A DNA stretch of 64,000 nt from assembly GCA_964016885.1 (NCBI GenBank), contig OZ024742.1, positions 292,578,001 through 292,642,000 on the forward strand, in the 5' to 3' direction. Origin of the DNA: Eledone cirrhosa. Taxonomy: Eukaryota. Position 1 is the first letter of the stretch, and each line of letters begins with the position of its first letter. The notes under the pieces were generated by a model that worked only from the letters and a program-made list of their open reading frames with translations, had not been told where the DNA came from and did not search any database. The position numbers were made by a program, and so were the translations under genes. Below, piece by piece: positions 1-12,208 of this stretch.

Positions 1-220
1 AGACTTACAAAATAACAATAAAAACAAAAGCATCTGCTAAATTTAAGAATTAGATTAAATTATATTTTCTTAATTAAGCATAAAGCCGTAAGCAAGTAGC
101 ATAGATTGTCTTGTTGAAGAAAATATTTCTTGCTTTAGGCTACAAACTTAGGATCATTATAGCAGAAGACTTGTCTTTATTTAACCATTTCATTCCACTT
201 CACCCAATACTTTGTAGCAA

Positions 221-237
221 ACTACTACTACTACTAC

Positions 238-275
<38 letters not shown>

Positions 276-313
276 TTGCTACTACTGCTGCAAGGTAATG
301 GTGATGGTGGTAA

Positions 314-355
<42 letters not shown>

Positions 356-436
356 CAACAGCAGTGGTGGTGGTTGTAGTGGTGGTGGTTGTAGTAGCGG
401 TAGTGGTAGTTGTAGTAGTAGCAGTAGTAGTGGTTA
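221..436. repeat. Compound trinucleotide microsatellite (CTA)n/(TAA)n/(GTA)n/(GTG)n
   Basis: Directly visible; explains the low-complexity ORF 111..437. Confidence 0.9.
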
Positions 437-506
437 GATCCTATTTTCCCCTTTCTTCTTTCTACTAAAGGGCTTCCGTGTGAATATTAAGAACAAAATA
501 GCTTAA

Positions 507-727
507 CCCTTTAGCATTTAAATCGGCCATATCCGGCCAGAACTCTCTCACCTCTTTCTGTTCAAACCAGCTGTAACTGACCACTCATAGTGATGTTAAG
601 GTATTCTTCTCAAAATAAATGATATCAAAATCTCGTAGATTTGATATTATGTGAGATAATTATGTGAAATAAAGTGTTTACCGTAAAAATACAACAGTAT
701 ATATAAAGTAATGTAAATGCTAAAGGG
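507..727. mobile_element. piggyBac-type MITE (221 bp)
   Basis: TTAA at 503-506 and 728-731; 14-bp perfect TIR CCCTTTAGCATTTA...TAAATGCTAAAGGG; a second copy in opposite orientation at 32556-32973. Confidence 0.85.
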
Positions 728-807
728 TTAAGTTAGAGATAATCTCCATAAAGCCAGGTTACTGGTCCAATCCTGACCTGCAGAGGTCAACATTAGAAGG
801 CAGAGAT

Positions 808-2352
808 TTCATCATCATTACCATCACCATGATTATCATTATTATCATCATTACCATCACCAGTAGCATTATTATCATCATCATCATCATCATAATTCTC
901 ATCATCGTTACCATCACCAGCATCAGCATTATTATCATCAGCAGTATCACATCATCATAATCATCCTCATCAATATCATCATTTTCATCATCATTATCAC
1001 CAGTATCACTACCACCACCACCACCATCACTACCACCACCACCACCACTACAACCACCACCTTCACTACCACCACCACTACAACCACCACCATCACTACC
1101 ACCGCCACCACTACAACCACCACCATCACCAACACCACAACCACAACCATAACCACTACCATCACCACCACCATCAGTGCCACAACCGCCAACATCACCA
1201 GCACCACAACCACCACCATCAGTGCCACAACCACCACCATCACCACCACCACAACCACCACCATCACTGCCACAACCACCACCATACCACCACCATCACA
1301 ACCACAACCATCACCACCACCACAACCACCACCATCACTGCCACAACCACCCCCATCACCACCACCATCACAACCACAACCATCACCACCACCACAACCA
1401 CCACCATCACTGCCACAACCACCCCCCATCACCACCACCATCACAACCACAACCATCACCACCACCACAACCACCACCATCACTGCCACAACCACCCCCA
1501 TCACCACCACCATCACAACCACAACCATCACCACCACCACAACCATCACCATCACTGCCACAACCACCCCCATCACCACCACCATCACTGCCACAACCAC
1601 CACCATCACCACCACCACAACCACCACCATCACTGCCACAACCACAACCATAACCACCACCATCACCACCACCACAACTACCATCATCACCACCCCCATC
1701 ACTACCATAAGCACAACCATAACCACCACCATCACCATCATCACCACCACAACCACCAACATCACCACCACAACCACCACCATCACCACCACCATCATCA
1801 CCTCAACCACAATCACCACCATCACCACCACAACCACCACCATAACCACAATCACCACCATCATCACCACCACCACCCCACAATCACCACCACCATCACT
1901 CACCATCATCACCACTGCAACCATAACCACCGCCATCACCACTATCACCACCGCAACCACAACCACCACCATCACCACCACAACCACAATCACCATCACC
2001 ACCACCACAACAACCACCACCATCACTGCCACCACCACCACAATCACCACCATCACCACCATCACTACCATCACCACCACAACCACAATCACCACCATCA
2101 CCACCATCACCACCATCACTATCATAACCACAACCACCACCACTATCACCACCACCACCACAACCACCACCATCACCACCACCACCACCACCACAATCAC
2201 CACCATCACCACCACACCCACAATCACCACCATCACCACCATAACCACAACCACCACCACCATCACCACCACCATCACCACCACAACCACAACCAATACC
2301 ATCACCACAACCAACACCATCACCACCACCACCACTGTCACCAACATCATCA
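808..2352. repeat. ~1.5 kb degenerate (CAT)n/(CAC)n/(CAA)n trinucleotide tract
   Basis: Direct reading; produces the poly-V/M and poly-P/H ORFs. Confidence 0.92.
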
Positions 2353-2570
2353 AAATTTTATTTTAAGTGGTAGCATTCCTGCAACAATTAATTTTCTTTA
2401 GACATTAAAAAACATTATACATGACAAAAAAAGTACATTACTAGAAATCTCATATGTTATAAAATAAATAGGATGGATTGGGGTCTCAATAAGTAAACTA
2501 AATTACTAATTCTGGTTTTTAAAAAAATCAACGGCAACAACCTAGAAAATTTACTGATTTTCCACTATCA
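2353..2570 (+). mobile_element. Internal fragment of the same DNA-transposon/MITE family as 30210-30605
   Basis: Colinear, highly similar to 30346-30562 (AAATTTTATTTTAAGTGGTAGCATTCCTG...GATTTTCCAC). Confidence 0.7.
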
Positions 2571-2594
2571 CACACACACACTGTGTGTATAAGG

Positions 2595-2946
2595 TGGTAC
2601 TGTTGGTGACACAACAAAAAACCTACAGTCCACCCTGTAAAGTGGTCATGTTGGTGACATGACATTAAGCACCTAGTTCACCCTTTAATGTGATCGATAA
2701 GAAGTACCTGGTCCAACCTGTCAGTTGGTTATTTTGGTGCCATGATATAAAGTACCCAGTCCACGCTATAAATATGGTTGACATTAGGAAGGGCATCCAG
2801 CTGTAGAAACCAAGCCAGAAACAGTTCTGCATGAACAAGACACAGTCACCTGATCTGACTTGTCTCACATGACAGGACAACTCATCTAACCTATGCTAGC
2901 ATGGAAAATGGATGTTAAATGCTGCTGCTGATGCTGATGATGATGT
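2595..2946 (+). mobile_element. Diverged RTE-type 3' tail fragment (5'-truncated LINE or SINE tail)
   Basis: Contains TTAGGAAGGGCATCCAGCTGTAGAAACC and CCTATGCTAGCATGGAAAATGGATGTTAAA followed by (GAT)n, as in the RTE 3' ends at 11285-11440. Confidence 0.7.
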
Positions 2947-2949
2947 TGT

Positions 2950-3345
2950 ATCATCATCATCATCATCATCATTTTACGTCCACTTTTTCCTGCTTGCAAG
3001 GGTGGGACGGGAACTGATTCTGGCTTGATTTCTACAGCTGGATGCCCTTCCTAACACCAACCTCATTTACAGTGAGTGCTGGGTGCTTTTTTTCCGTAGC
3101 GCCTGCACGTCCACTTTACAGTGAGTGCTGGGTGCTTTTTTGCCGTGGCACCTCCACGACCACTTTGCAGTGGAATGATAGAGACTCCAGTCCCTATCAT
3201 CTCATTTCTACAGCTAAGTAAACTGGAGCAATGTGAAATAAAGTGTCTTGCTCAAGGAAACAACACATCACCCGGTATGAGAATTGAACTCACAACCTTT
3301 CGATTGCAAGGCCAATGCTCTAACCACTAAGCCATATGCCTCCAT
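2950..3345 (-). mobile_element. tRNA-derived CORE-like SINE with RTE-derived 3' tail
   Basis: Minus strand: A-box TGGCTTAGTGG, B-box GAGTTCAATTC, CORE-like TCCTTGAGCAAGACACTTTA, then ~160 bp nearly identical to RTE 3'UTR 11172-11328, ending GGACGTAAAA(TGA)n. Confidence 0.75.
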
Positions 3346-3350
3346 ATATA

Positions 3351-3533
3351 TCATCATCATCATCATCATCACCATTTTACGTCCGTTCTTCCATGCTAGC
3401 ATGGGTTAGACGGGTTGTCCTGTTGTGGGCAGTGTCTGGTCGGCTGACCATGCCTTGCTCATACAGGAACTGATTTATCATCATCATCATTTCATTTTAC
3501 GTCCGCTTTTTCCCTGCTTGCAAGGGTGGGACA
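3351..3533 (-). mobile_element. Two stacked very short RTE 3' termini
   Basis: 3351-3476 matches 11320-11440; 3477-3533 matches the terminus at 12230-12272; each has its own (CAT)n tail. Confidence 0.75.
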
Positions 3534-4267
3534 TAACTTATATATATATATAAGTTAGTTCCACAACAGTTAATAAACCATTTTCGAAGTTGCACGTTTC
3601 ACCTTGCGGATTTTCAACTCGAGTAAATGGTTTCTACCACATATATATATATTAAAGTAAGTAAGTAAAGATTTTTTTTCTTATCTTATTTGCTTTTCCC
3701 AGATATGATTTTATTAAGCTCTGAATGGGTTGATTTTTGTTAATTCTTTCATAGAGCAAAACTTAGTATCGGTTGGATGCCTTTGTATGTATCTATACTT
3801 GTGTAAAGATATATATATTTCCTCATTTAATTTATATATATATATATAGCAAAGGTAACTCTATATATACAAAGCTCAAATATATGTATATGATAGTATA
3901 TAACTGCTATGAAAAATATTCCTATATATTATTGTGTAGATATTGATTATATGAATTTTCACCTCACCTAACATTATTCAAATAATTTGAAATATGTTTG
4001 AGGAATTAAAAATTATTTAAAAACTAATTTTCCATCTATATATACATATATTCAACCCATGCCAACCTAAAAAGGATGATGAAATGATGGTGATTATCTA
4101 TATATACATTCAAATAGTGTTGCTGTCTGAATATGGTGAGCGTGAAAAAACATCAACCAATTAAGGCTATCCTCACAATTTCAAAAAGTGTCCAGGTGAT
4201 GAGAAGCAAGCAAGAAAGAGAACTCCTACAGCCTGAGCTGATCGAAATATTTGGAAACAATTTAAGA

Positions 4268-4483
4268 TAATAGTTTCTGATTTAGGCGCAAGGCCAACAT
4301 TTAGAGGAGAGGAAAAAGTCAATTAAATCAACCCCAATGCATTACTGGTGCTTTATTTTATCGACCTCCGTAAGGATAAAAGGCAAAACTAATCTCGACA
4401 GGATTTGAACTCAGAACAGAAAGGGACAAAACTCTGTGCTGCAAAGCATGTTGTCAGATGCTCTACTGATACTACCAATCCAT
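4268..4483 (-). mobile_element. tRNA-derived SINE (same superfamily as 21449, 31228, 32609 copies), diverged
   Basis: TTTATTTTATCGACCTCCGTAAGGATAAAAGGCAAAA...GGATTTGAACTCAG shared with the other copies. Confidence 0.75.
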
Positions 4484-5011
4484 CTATAATCAACTAAAAC
4501 ACAAAATGGCAGTGCCCCAGCATGGTCACAACCCAATGAGAAAGAGTAGCAGAGGAATATCAGAGTATATTGACATACAACCAATAGTTTCTAAGAAATG
4601 AAATTATTTATTTGAAATTATATTGAACTGAGTAAAACTGTGTGTTAATATAAAATGTTGTTTGAATAATTTACTCTCTTGACCTCCATTAATGTCTTGG
4701 TCACTAGTGGTGCTGTTTAACTTAATGTCTTCTTCCTCAAGCTTATTGGAACACTCTACTTATTATTTCTGTGTTGCAGCTAATCAAAGTTATATTATAT
4801 TATACATGCATGCACATGCCTATTCATGCATTCAGCATCACAATTTTATGTCCATTGTTCCATGCTGGTATGGGTTGGATGGGATCTTCTCTAGCACAGT
4901 CTCCTTCCATCTGTTGGTCTCCTTTTGTCATCTCTGTGAGGTTCAGCAGTTTGAGATCAGTTCTAACCACTTCTGCTCAGGTTTTCCTCAGTCTTTTTCA
5001 GATATATATAT

Positions 5012-5370
5012 ATCATTATCATCATCATCACCACCACCATCATCATCATTTTACGTCTGTTGTGACACACTTGCATGGGTTGGATGGGTCCTTCTCGGTA
5101 CAGCATCTCTCCACTTGTTGCATTCCTTTGTCATCTCCTTCATGAGCTTTAGTGATCTGAGATCAGCTCTCACCACTTCCATCCAGGTCTCCCTTAGTTT
5201 CCTTCTACTGCGGCTTCCTTCCACGGGATTATTTGACACTTCTTCACTCAGCAACCATCATCCATGCACATCACATGTCTATACCAAAGCAATCTTTTCT
5301 CCTGCACACTACTTCTGATTCTTCTTATACCTGGTTTCTCCCTCAGTCCATCCATGTTTGTCATTCTCGC
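5012..5370 (-). mobile_element. 5'-truncated RTE LINE 3' fragment
   Basis: Translations LREKPGIRRIRSSVQEKRLLWYRHVM and VEGSRSRRKLRETWMEVVRADL match the RTE ORF C-terminus; (CAT)n tail. Confidence 0.8.
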
Positions 5371-5745
5371 AATGTCTTTATGGGAAGGGTATGATAAGTA
5401 TGTATGTAGAAGAGAGAGATGGGGGAGAGAGGGGATGGCAGTGGTGGGGGGTTGCTTGGGATGATAGCAGCAATGTTGAAATTTTTTTAAATTTAATCCC
5501 AATTAATTATATTAGCAGGGAAAACAGATGATAAATGCTCCCAGTACACTCTGTAAAGGGCATCTATCCATTAAAAAAAAATGCCAAACAATGGGTTGAG
5601 AGAACTCTTCAGTGGTGTCACAATAAAATTTCCTCAGTATACTCTGCAGAATGCAGGAATGTGAGATACAGTCTCCTGGGATGGTAATTATGATGATGAT
5701 GATAATGATGATAATGATGATGATACATACAAACATGTACATATG

Positions 5746-5778
<33 letters not shown>

Positions 5779-6559
5779 TCAGGAGAATAATTTCTCTTAG
5801 GGATACAATGTTGTGTTCACAATCATGTGAAGGTATTCTTTATTAATATATTTCTGTTATTTATTCCCATTTCCATTCACTTCTTGTCACAATTCTTGCT
5901 ATTTTACCCCAAAATAAAAGAGTTCCATGTAATTTGCATGGTTTGTAATGTATCAAGTGAAGCAAGAAAATCGATTATTCTTTAAGTAAGAATGATGTTC
6001 AATATAAAATATATAGAAAGAACTTCCCAATTTCATCATATAGATCTCTTTTCAATAAAATCACCGAAGCAAATCATCTCAGCTTTATATTTTTTTGTCA
6101 AGATTTACAATCTAAAATAAGCCATTTCTTTTGATATGGTTTTTCCCTTTTATAAATCATTTTTCTACAAAAAGCCTATAAAGTTTTTTCCCAAAGTTAT
6201 TTAAATCAGTGACTTTATGGATATTTTTAGTAATATTGGCACACTTTCATTTGCAACAAGCAAAGTGGTGTTGAAATATGTTTTTTCCTCAATGCACATA
6301 TTCTACAATAGCTCTAACATTATCTTTTTTAGTTCTAAGAAAAGATGTTATTCCTGTACAGTTAAAAGATATTAGAAAGAGGTGGGGTGGGGGTGACATG
6401 ATATAAAATTGTGCATCCATCTTATATTTCTATTATAATGAACTTTAACTCTATTGAGTTACAATTATCATTTTATGTCTGTTTTTTTGTTTTTTTTATT
6501 TAAGGGGTGGTCATGATTGCATGATTTGGATGAAACCTGTAGTTTATTTTGGACAAGAG

Positions 6560-6716
6560 GCTAGTCCCTCATAGTGCTAACTTCCAGCTGCTGCTAGTAC
6601 TCACTTTTAGATGCATAAACTGAGTAACATGAAATGAAATGCTTTGCTCAAGAACACAACACATCACCCAGGCTGGAAATCAAACCCATGCCTTTATGAT
6701 TGTGAGCTCAACAACC
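6560..6716 (-). mobile_element. Degenerate CORE-like tRNA SINE
   Basis: TTTGCTCAAGAACACAACACATCACCC similar to 3246-3273. Confidence 0.55.
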
Positions 6717-6807
6717 TATATATATATATATGTTCATCATCATAACCATTTGAGTCTGGAACTAGCTGTTGAAATAGCAAGAGCTCAGCTATCAGAATCC
6801 CAACTCT

Positions 6808-6865
<58 letters not shown>

Positions 6866-7086
6866 TAAATTCAGCGATAATTGCATTTCAGCGGGTAGAG
6901 AAAGCGAAACGTAACGCAAATTCCGAGTCATGCTGGCAAGCACTCCATGGGCTAAAGAAGACCAGAGCAATAAACATAGGTTATAAAGGCCATACAAACT
7001 GAGAAGGCGGTCAAGAAGCCATTAACCACCTAAGCCAAAAAACAAGTCAAGCTAAACAGGTCAGACAAAATAAATGTCATATTCAT

Positions 7087-7120
<34 letters not shown>

Positions 7121-7134
7121 ATATATATATATGA

Positions 7135-7278
7135 TGTGGGTGACTTTTTGCAATTTCTATCTACCAAATTTCACTCACAAGACTTTGGTCAATCAGAGGT
7201 TATAGTAGAAGACACTTGCCTTGAACCAAGAACCACATGTTTACTAAACCAACTCATTACCCACACAACCATGCCTGT
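7135..7278 (-). mobile_element. Degenerate SINE fragment
   Basis: Minus strand begins CAGGCATGGTTGTGTGGGTAA (A-box-like) and has GGCAAGTGTCTTCTACTATA (CORE-like). Confidence 0.5.
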
Positions 7279-7453
7279 GTTAAATATGCAACACATTTGA
7301 ATCAATAAATATACAAATAAACACAAATAAATAAATAAATAAACATTTACGAGGGAGAGAGGAAATTTCCAAAGAATGTTTATCTGAGCTGATTCCTAAT
7401 AGAGAAGGTGTATTAGCACGATTTAAAAAAAAATAATGTTTGATATACTTTAA

Positions 7454-7709
7454 CCCTTTAATTACCATATTTCTAATGAAAGATATTGTCTGTAGCTTTC
7501 AAATGATTTTGAAAATAGTTAAGATCTTGGAATGATTTAGTAATATAGTTAACTTTCACATTGCTAATTTAGTGTTTTGAACATAACTTAACAAATGTTC
7601 TTACATTAAATTATGATGGAAGGTTTTTAGATAAATATAATCACATTAAAACAGACAGTTTTGTATTGTAAAACCAGGGTCAGCTTCAAGCAATCTGGTA
7701 TCAAAAGGA
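7454..7709. mobile_element. Older piggyBac-type MITE (second family)
   Basis: TTAA-CCCTTTAATTACCA ... TGGTATCAAAAGGA-TTAA imperfect TIRs; right end recurs at ~34085-34193. Confidence 0.55.
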
Positions 7710-8910
7710 TTAATCTCCTCAACTTTGATACAGATCTGAAGAATGAAGTAGGAATATTCATATCTAGCTTACATTAAATCACATTTACCCCATTTAGTAT
7801 ATTATACTTTATTCTTGCAGATTGGCTTCGCATTTTTTTTATTTACACATGTTAATCATACTTTGATCTTTCAGTGATAACCCCTTCATCTACCACTATC
7901 ACTTCAACTCCTCACTGCAGCACCACTAACCACTACTGTCACTGCCATCATGTCAAACCTCTAATGGAATCTAGCTCCTCATGTGGTGAATATATTCCAA
8001 GCTTCTGTCTCAAATTGTTTCACGTGTAACAGCAAAATAAGAGCTCAAAAACTTTGATACAAAACAAAAAATCATTGAATGACAAAACAGTCGATCAATC
8101 ATGATCACAACTGATGTGTTATTTTTTAACTGTTTATTTTCACATAAGCTGTTTGTTTTCCTATAAGTTAAGTTGACAAATGTAATTTCTGTCATTTATT
8201 TAAGTATACTTTATTTTTCAATCTGATGTTTTTTTTCTAAAATTTGATAAAGAGAGGTAAGATTTATACATAAAAGAGTTCCACGATTTCTTTCAAGAAC
8301 CATTTTGTCAAATAATTTACATATTAGTAACAGGCCATTAGCTTTATGTGTATAATGTTCTGAGGATGATTTTCTAATGAAATGGTTCCTTACATTGACA
8401 TGAAGGTGGCGAATTGGCCAAGATGTTAGGGCATCAGATTAAAAATACCTTGGTATTTATTCCATCTCATTGCTCTTTAAGTTATATATATATATATATA
8501 AAATGTTGTATGGTTGCTTATATATATATTATATATATATATAGTAATAATAAATACAAAGATCAAAATTCAATAAGGATTGTATATATATATAAATATA
8601 TATAAACCCATAGAGCAAATATTTATTAGTACAAATTAAAACTTTAAGCAAAGAATTTCTGCTTTCACCCTAAACGGGATCTTCTGAAACTTAACGTGAA
8701 AACAGGAATTCTTTGCTTCTCCGCATTACTCCACCTCTTTTTTTTAAATGTATTTTTTATTTCTTTTCCTTTTTTTTATTTTTCCCCTCTCTCATTTTGT
8801 TTGTTAATATATGCATATATTCAAATATATTGGCAGTTACATGAACTGAAGAGTTTGAATAGAAACAAAATAAGAATAAATCAGATATTTATCAGAACCT
8901 ACTATTTATA

Positions 8911-9070
8911 AGGTGTTGAATTGGTGGAGAGTAGTTAGAACGTCGGATAGAATACTTTATGGTATTTGTTCTGGCTCTCTGCTCTCTAAGTTCAAATCCT
9001 GCCGAGGTCAACTTTGCCATTCATCCTTTTGAGGTCGATCAAAAATTACCAGTCTAGTACTGGGGTCGAA
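8911..9070 (+). mobile_element. tRNA-derived SINE, diverged
   Basis: B-box AAGTTCAAATCC followed by GAGGTCAACTTTGCCATTCATCCTTTTGAGGTCGAT. Confidence 0.7.
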
Positions 9071-9825
9071 TCTTCCTCTCTCTTTGGAAGAAATCTGCTG
9101 TACTCAAGCCTGGAGAGGGATGGGTTTCACCAGGCTTAAAATGACTAAGAAATGCCATTTGTCAATACAGCACCACTACAACTCTATCAGGAGTTACAGG
9201 ACTATACATATATACTATTTATAAACTCAAGATTAAAACATTTTCTAGCTACAATTCCAGTCAAACAGAAGGGAATAAGCAGTAATATTAGCGATCTAAG
9301 CATCTCTCAACAAAAAATATTTTAATTCTTGTGTCTTAGAAGAAAGAAGATCAAAGAAATATTTGTGTGCAATATTGAAGTATTATCTTTCTAAGTATTG
9401 CTTTAATGTCTATTTTTCCCATTTTACAATTCTGTTGTGGGTTTAACAGATCTACTACATAGTCTGTTTACAAATATTTTGTTCCTGCATCATTTTGATT
9501 GTGGGTGTAGTTTTCTGAGATCAGATATAATCACTTCTTCAATCATCCTTATCATCATCATCGTCATCATCATCATCCTCATCATCATCATCATCACCAC
9601 AACCATCACCTTTATCAAGATTGTGTAGAAGAGAGATACACAATATTGACAAAGGACAATCACCCAGAAACAACACTATTGTCTATTGTTTCTCTCTGTC
9701 ATCGCTAGAACAAAAGATGGCCATGGTCATCTAAAACACATAGAGTAATGAGGCTGTTTGATTGCAAATGAATCAAATATTATTATCATTCAATATAAAA
9801 CTCACAAATGTATATATATATATAC

Positions 9826-11148
9826 ACAGGCATCACTGATGCCCTCTTCCTTGTGAGGCAATTACAGGAAAAGTACCTAGCTAAAAGTAAGCCACTCTAC
9901 TTGGCATTTGTCGACCTTGAGAAAGCCTTTGACAGAGTTCCACGTGCTGTAATCTGGTGGGCTCTTAGAAAACTAGGAGTAGATGAATGGCTTGTGAAAG
10001 CGGTACAAGCCATGTATAGGGGAGCAGTCAGCAAAGTTAGGATTAGCAATGAGTATAGCGAGGAATTTAGCGTACAGGATGGGGTCCACCAGGGCTCTGT
10101 TCTTAGCCCTCTCCTGTTCATCATAGTCCTGCAGGCAATAACGGAGGAATTTAAGACCGGATGCCCATGGGATACCCTGTATGCTGATGACCTCGCACTC
10201 ATAGCTGAATCTATGATAGAACTAGAGAATAAATTCCAAACCTGGAAGCAGGGACTAGAGAGAAAGGGTCTCAAAGTCAACATGACAAAGACTAAGGTCC
10301 TTGTAAGTAGACGAGAAAACAGAACCCAGATCCCCTCAGGGAAATGGCCTTGCTCAGTATGTAGGAAAGGTGTAGGTAGGAACTCCATTCTCTGCCCCAA
10401 ATGCAAACAATGGGTACACAAGAAATGTAGCGGGATCTCAGGAAGCTTAATTAAGAATGTAGGATTCACATGCAGCAGCTGTGCTGAAACAGCAAGCAGC
10501 AAGAAGCCACAGGAAACAAGTACCACCAATCTCTGGGAGGGCCCTGTAGAAACAGTAGACAGCTTCTGCTACCTAGGTGACCGAATTAGCAACGGAGGTG
10601 GGTGTTCAGAAAGTACAATAACTAGGGTAAGAACGGGATGGAAGAAGTTTAGGGAACTACTACCACTGCTAGCTACAAAAGGCTTCTCCCTCAGAATGAA
10701 AGGCAGACTGTATGATGCGTGTATCCGAACAGCGATGTTGCATGGTAGTGAGACCTGGGCGCTGAAGGTGGAAGACTTACGTAGATTAGAGAGAAACGAA
10801 GCCTGCATGCTCCGATGGATGTGTAACAGTAATATACGTGAACGACAAAGCATAAATGAATTGAGAGAGAGACTGAGCATAAGAGGAATCAAATGCTGTG
10901 TGCAGGAGAGGCGGTTGCGCTGGTATGGACATGTGATGCGTATGAAGGATGACAGCTGCATAAAAAGGTGCAGAGCACTAGAAGTTGATGGAAACCACGG
11001 AGTGGGGAGACCCAAGATGACCTGGGATGAGGTGATAAAAGCCGACCTTACCCAATTACACCTCTCAAAGACACACGACCGTGACTTCTGGCGTCACGCA
11101 GTAATACAGAGTACCCGACCTCCCATGGGTACATGCTGTCGCATATAA
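9826..11148 (+). pseudogene. Truncated RTE reverse transcriptase ORF with embedded PHD-like finger
   Basis: Open frame; the N-terminal MYIYIY of the ORF track is (TA)n microsatellite, not a real start. Confidence 0.85.
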
Positions 11149-11440
11149 ACAATATGCCCCCACACCCCCCACCGCAAGGTGGTCGTGGAGGTGCCACGGC
11201 AAAAAAGCACCCAGCCCACACTGTAAAGTGGACGTGTAGGCGCCACGAAAAAGCACCCAGCACTCACTGTAAATGAGGTTGGTGTTAGGAAGGGCATCCA
11301 GCTGTAGAAATCAAGCCAGATCAGTTCCTGTATGAGCAAGGCATGGCCAGCCAACCAGACACTGCACACAACAGGACAACCAGTCTAACCCATGCTAGCG
11401 TGGAAGAACGGACGTAAAACGGTGATGATGATGATGATGA
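9826..11440 (+). mobile_element. 5'-truncated RTE-clade LINE (copy A)
   Basis: ORF 9808..11148 has RT motifs FVDLEKAFDRV, GVHQGSVLSP, LYADD, YLG and the RTE C-terminus RRLRWYGHVMR; 3'UTR ends in (GAT)n; flanked by (TA)n/(CA)n. Confidence 0.93.
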
Positions 11441-11593
11441 CACACACGCACACACACGCACACACACACACATGTATATATATATATATATATGTAATAT
11501 ATATATATACACACACATATATATATATTACATATATATTACATACATATATATATATATATACACACACAGACATATATATATATATACATA

Positions 11594-12164
11594 CATGATG
11601 CGCATGAAAGACGACAGCTGTATAAAAAAGTGCAGGGCGATCAAAATAGACGGTAGCTACGGAGTAGGCAGACCCAGAAAAACCTGGGACGATTGATAAA
11701 TTCCGACCTTACACGTTTACACCTCTCCAAGACAATGTCACTGGAACGAGATCTTTGGCGCTACGCAGTAATACAGAAGACCTGCCTTGCCTAAGTACAA
11801 AGCGAAAACTACAGGCAGTAGGTACCTCTTAACCAAAATACACCCCCATCCCTAGTCTACACCACCCCTTTTGCTGTAAAGTTATGTTGGTACCACAATA
11901 CCCAGTCCTAAATAAATGAGGTCGTGTAGGTGTCACGAGAAAAAAACACACAGTCCACGCTGTAATGTGGTCGTGTAGGTAACACGGTAAAAACCTACCA
12001 GTCCATACTGTAAACGTGGTTGGTGTTAGGAAGGGCATCCAGCCATAGAAAACCTGCCAGACAGTCTTACACGAGCAAGACAACCAATCTTGCCTCAAGT
12101 GGGACAATTCCCATCTAAACCCATCTAGCGTGGAAGATAGACGTTAAACGATGATGATGATGAT
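11594..12164 (+). mobile_element. 5'-truncated RTE LINE (copy B, same subfamily as copy D)
   Basis: Near-identical to 16055 onward (MRMKDDSCIKKCRAIKIDGS); (GAT)n tail; (TA)n on both sides. Confidence 0.9.
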
Positions 12165-12208
12165 ATATATATATGTAATATATATGTAATATATATATAT
12201 ATAAATAT

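Noticed and set aside
111-2353. ORFs of 108, 468 and 158 aa
   Set aside because: Translations of trinucleotide repeats with no domain content.
3265-3345. tRNA gene
   Set aside because: A/B boxes run into SINE core sequence; no convincing cloverleaf or terminator.
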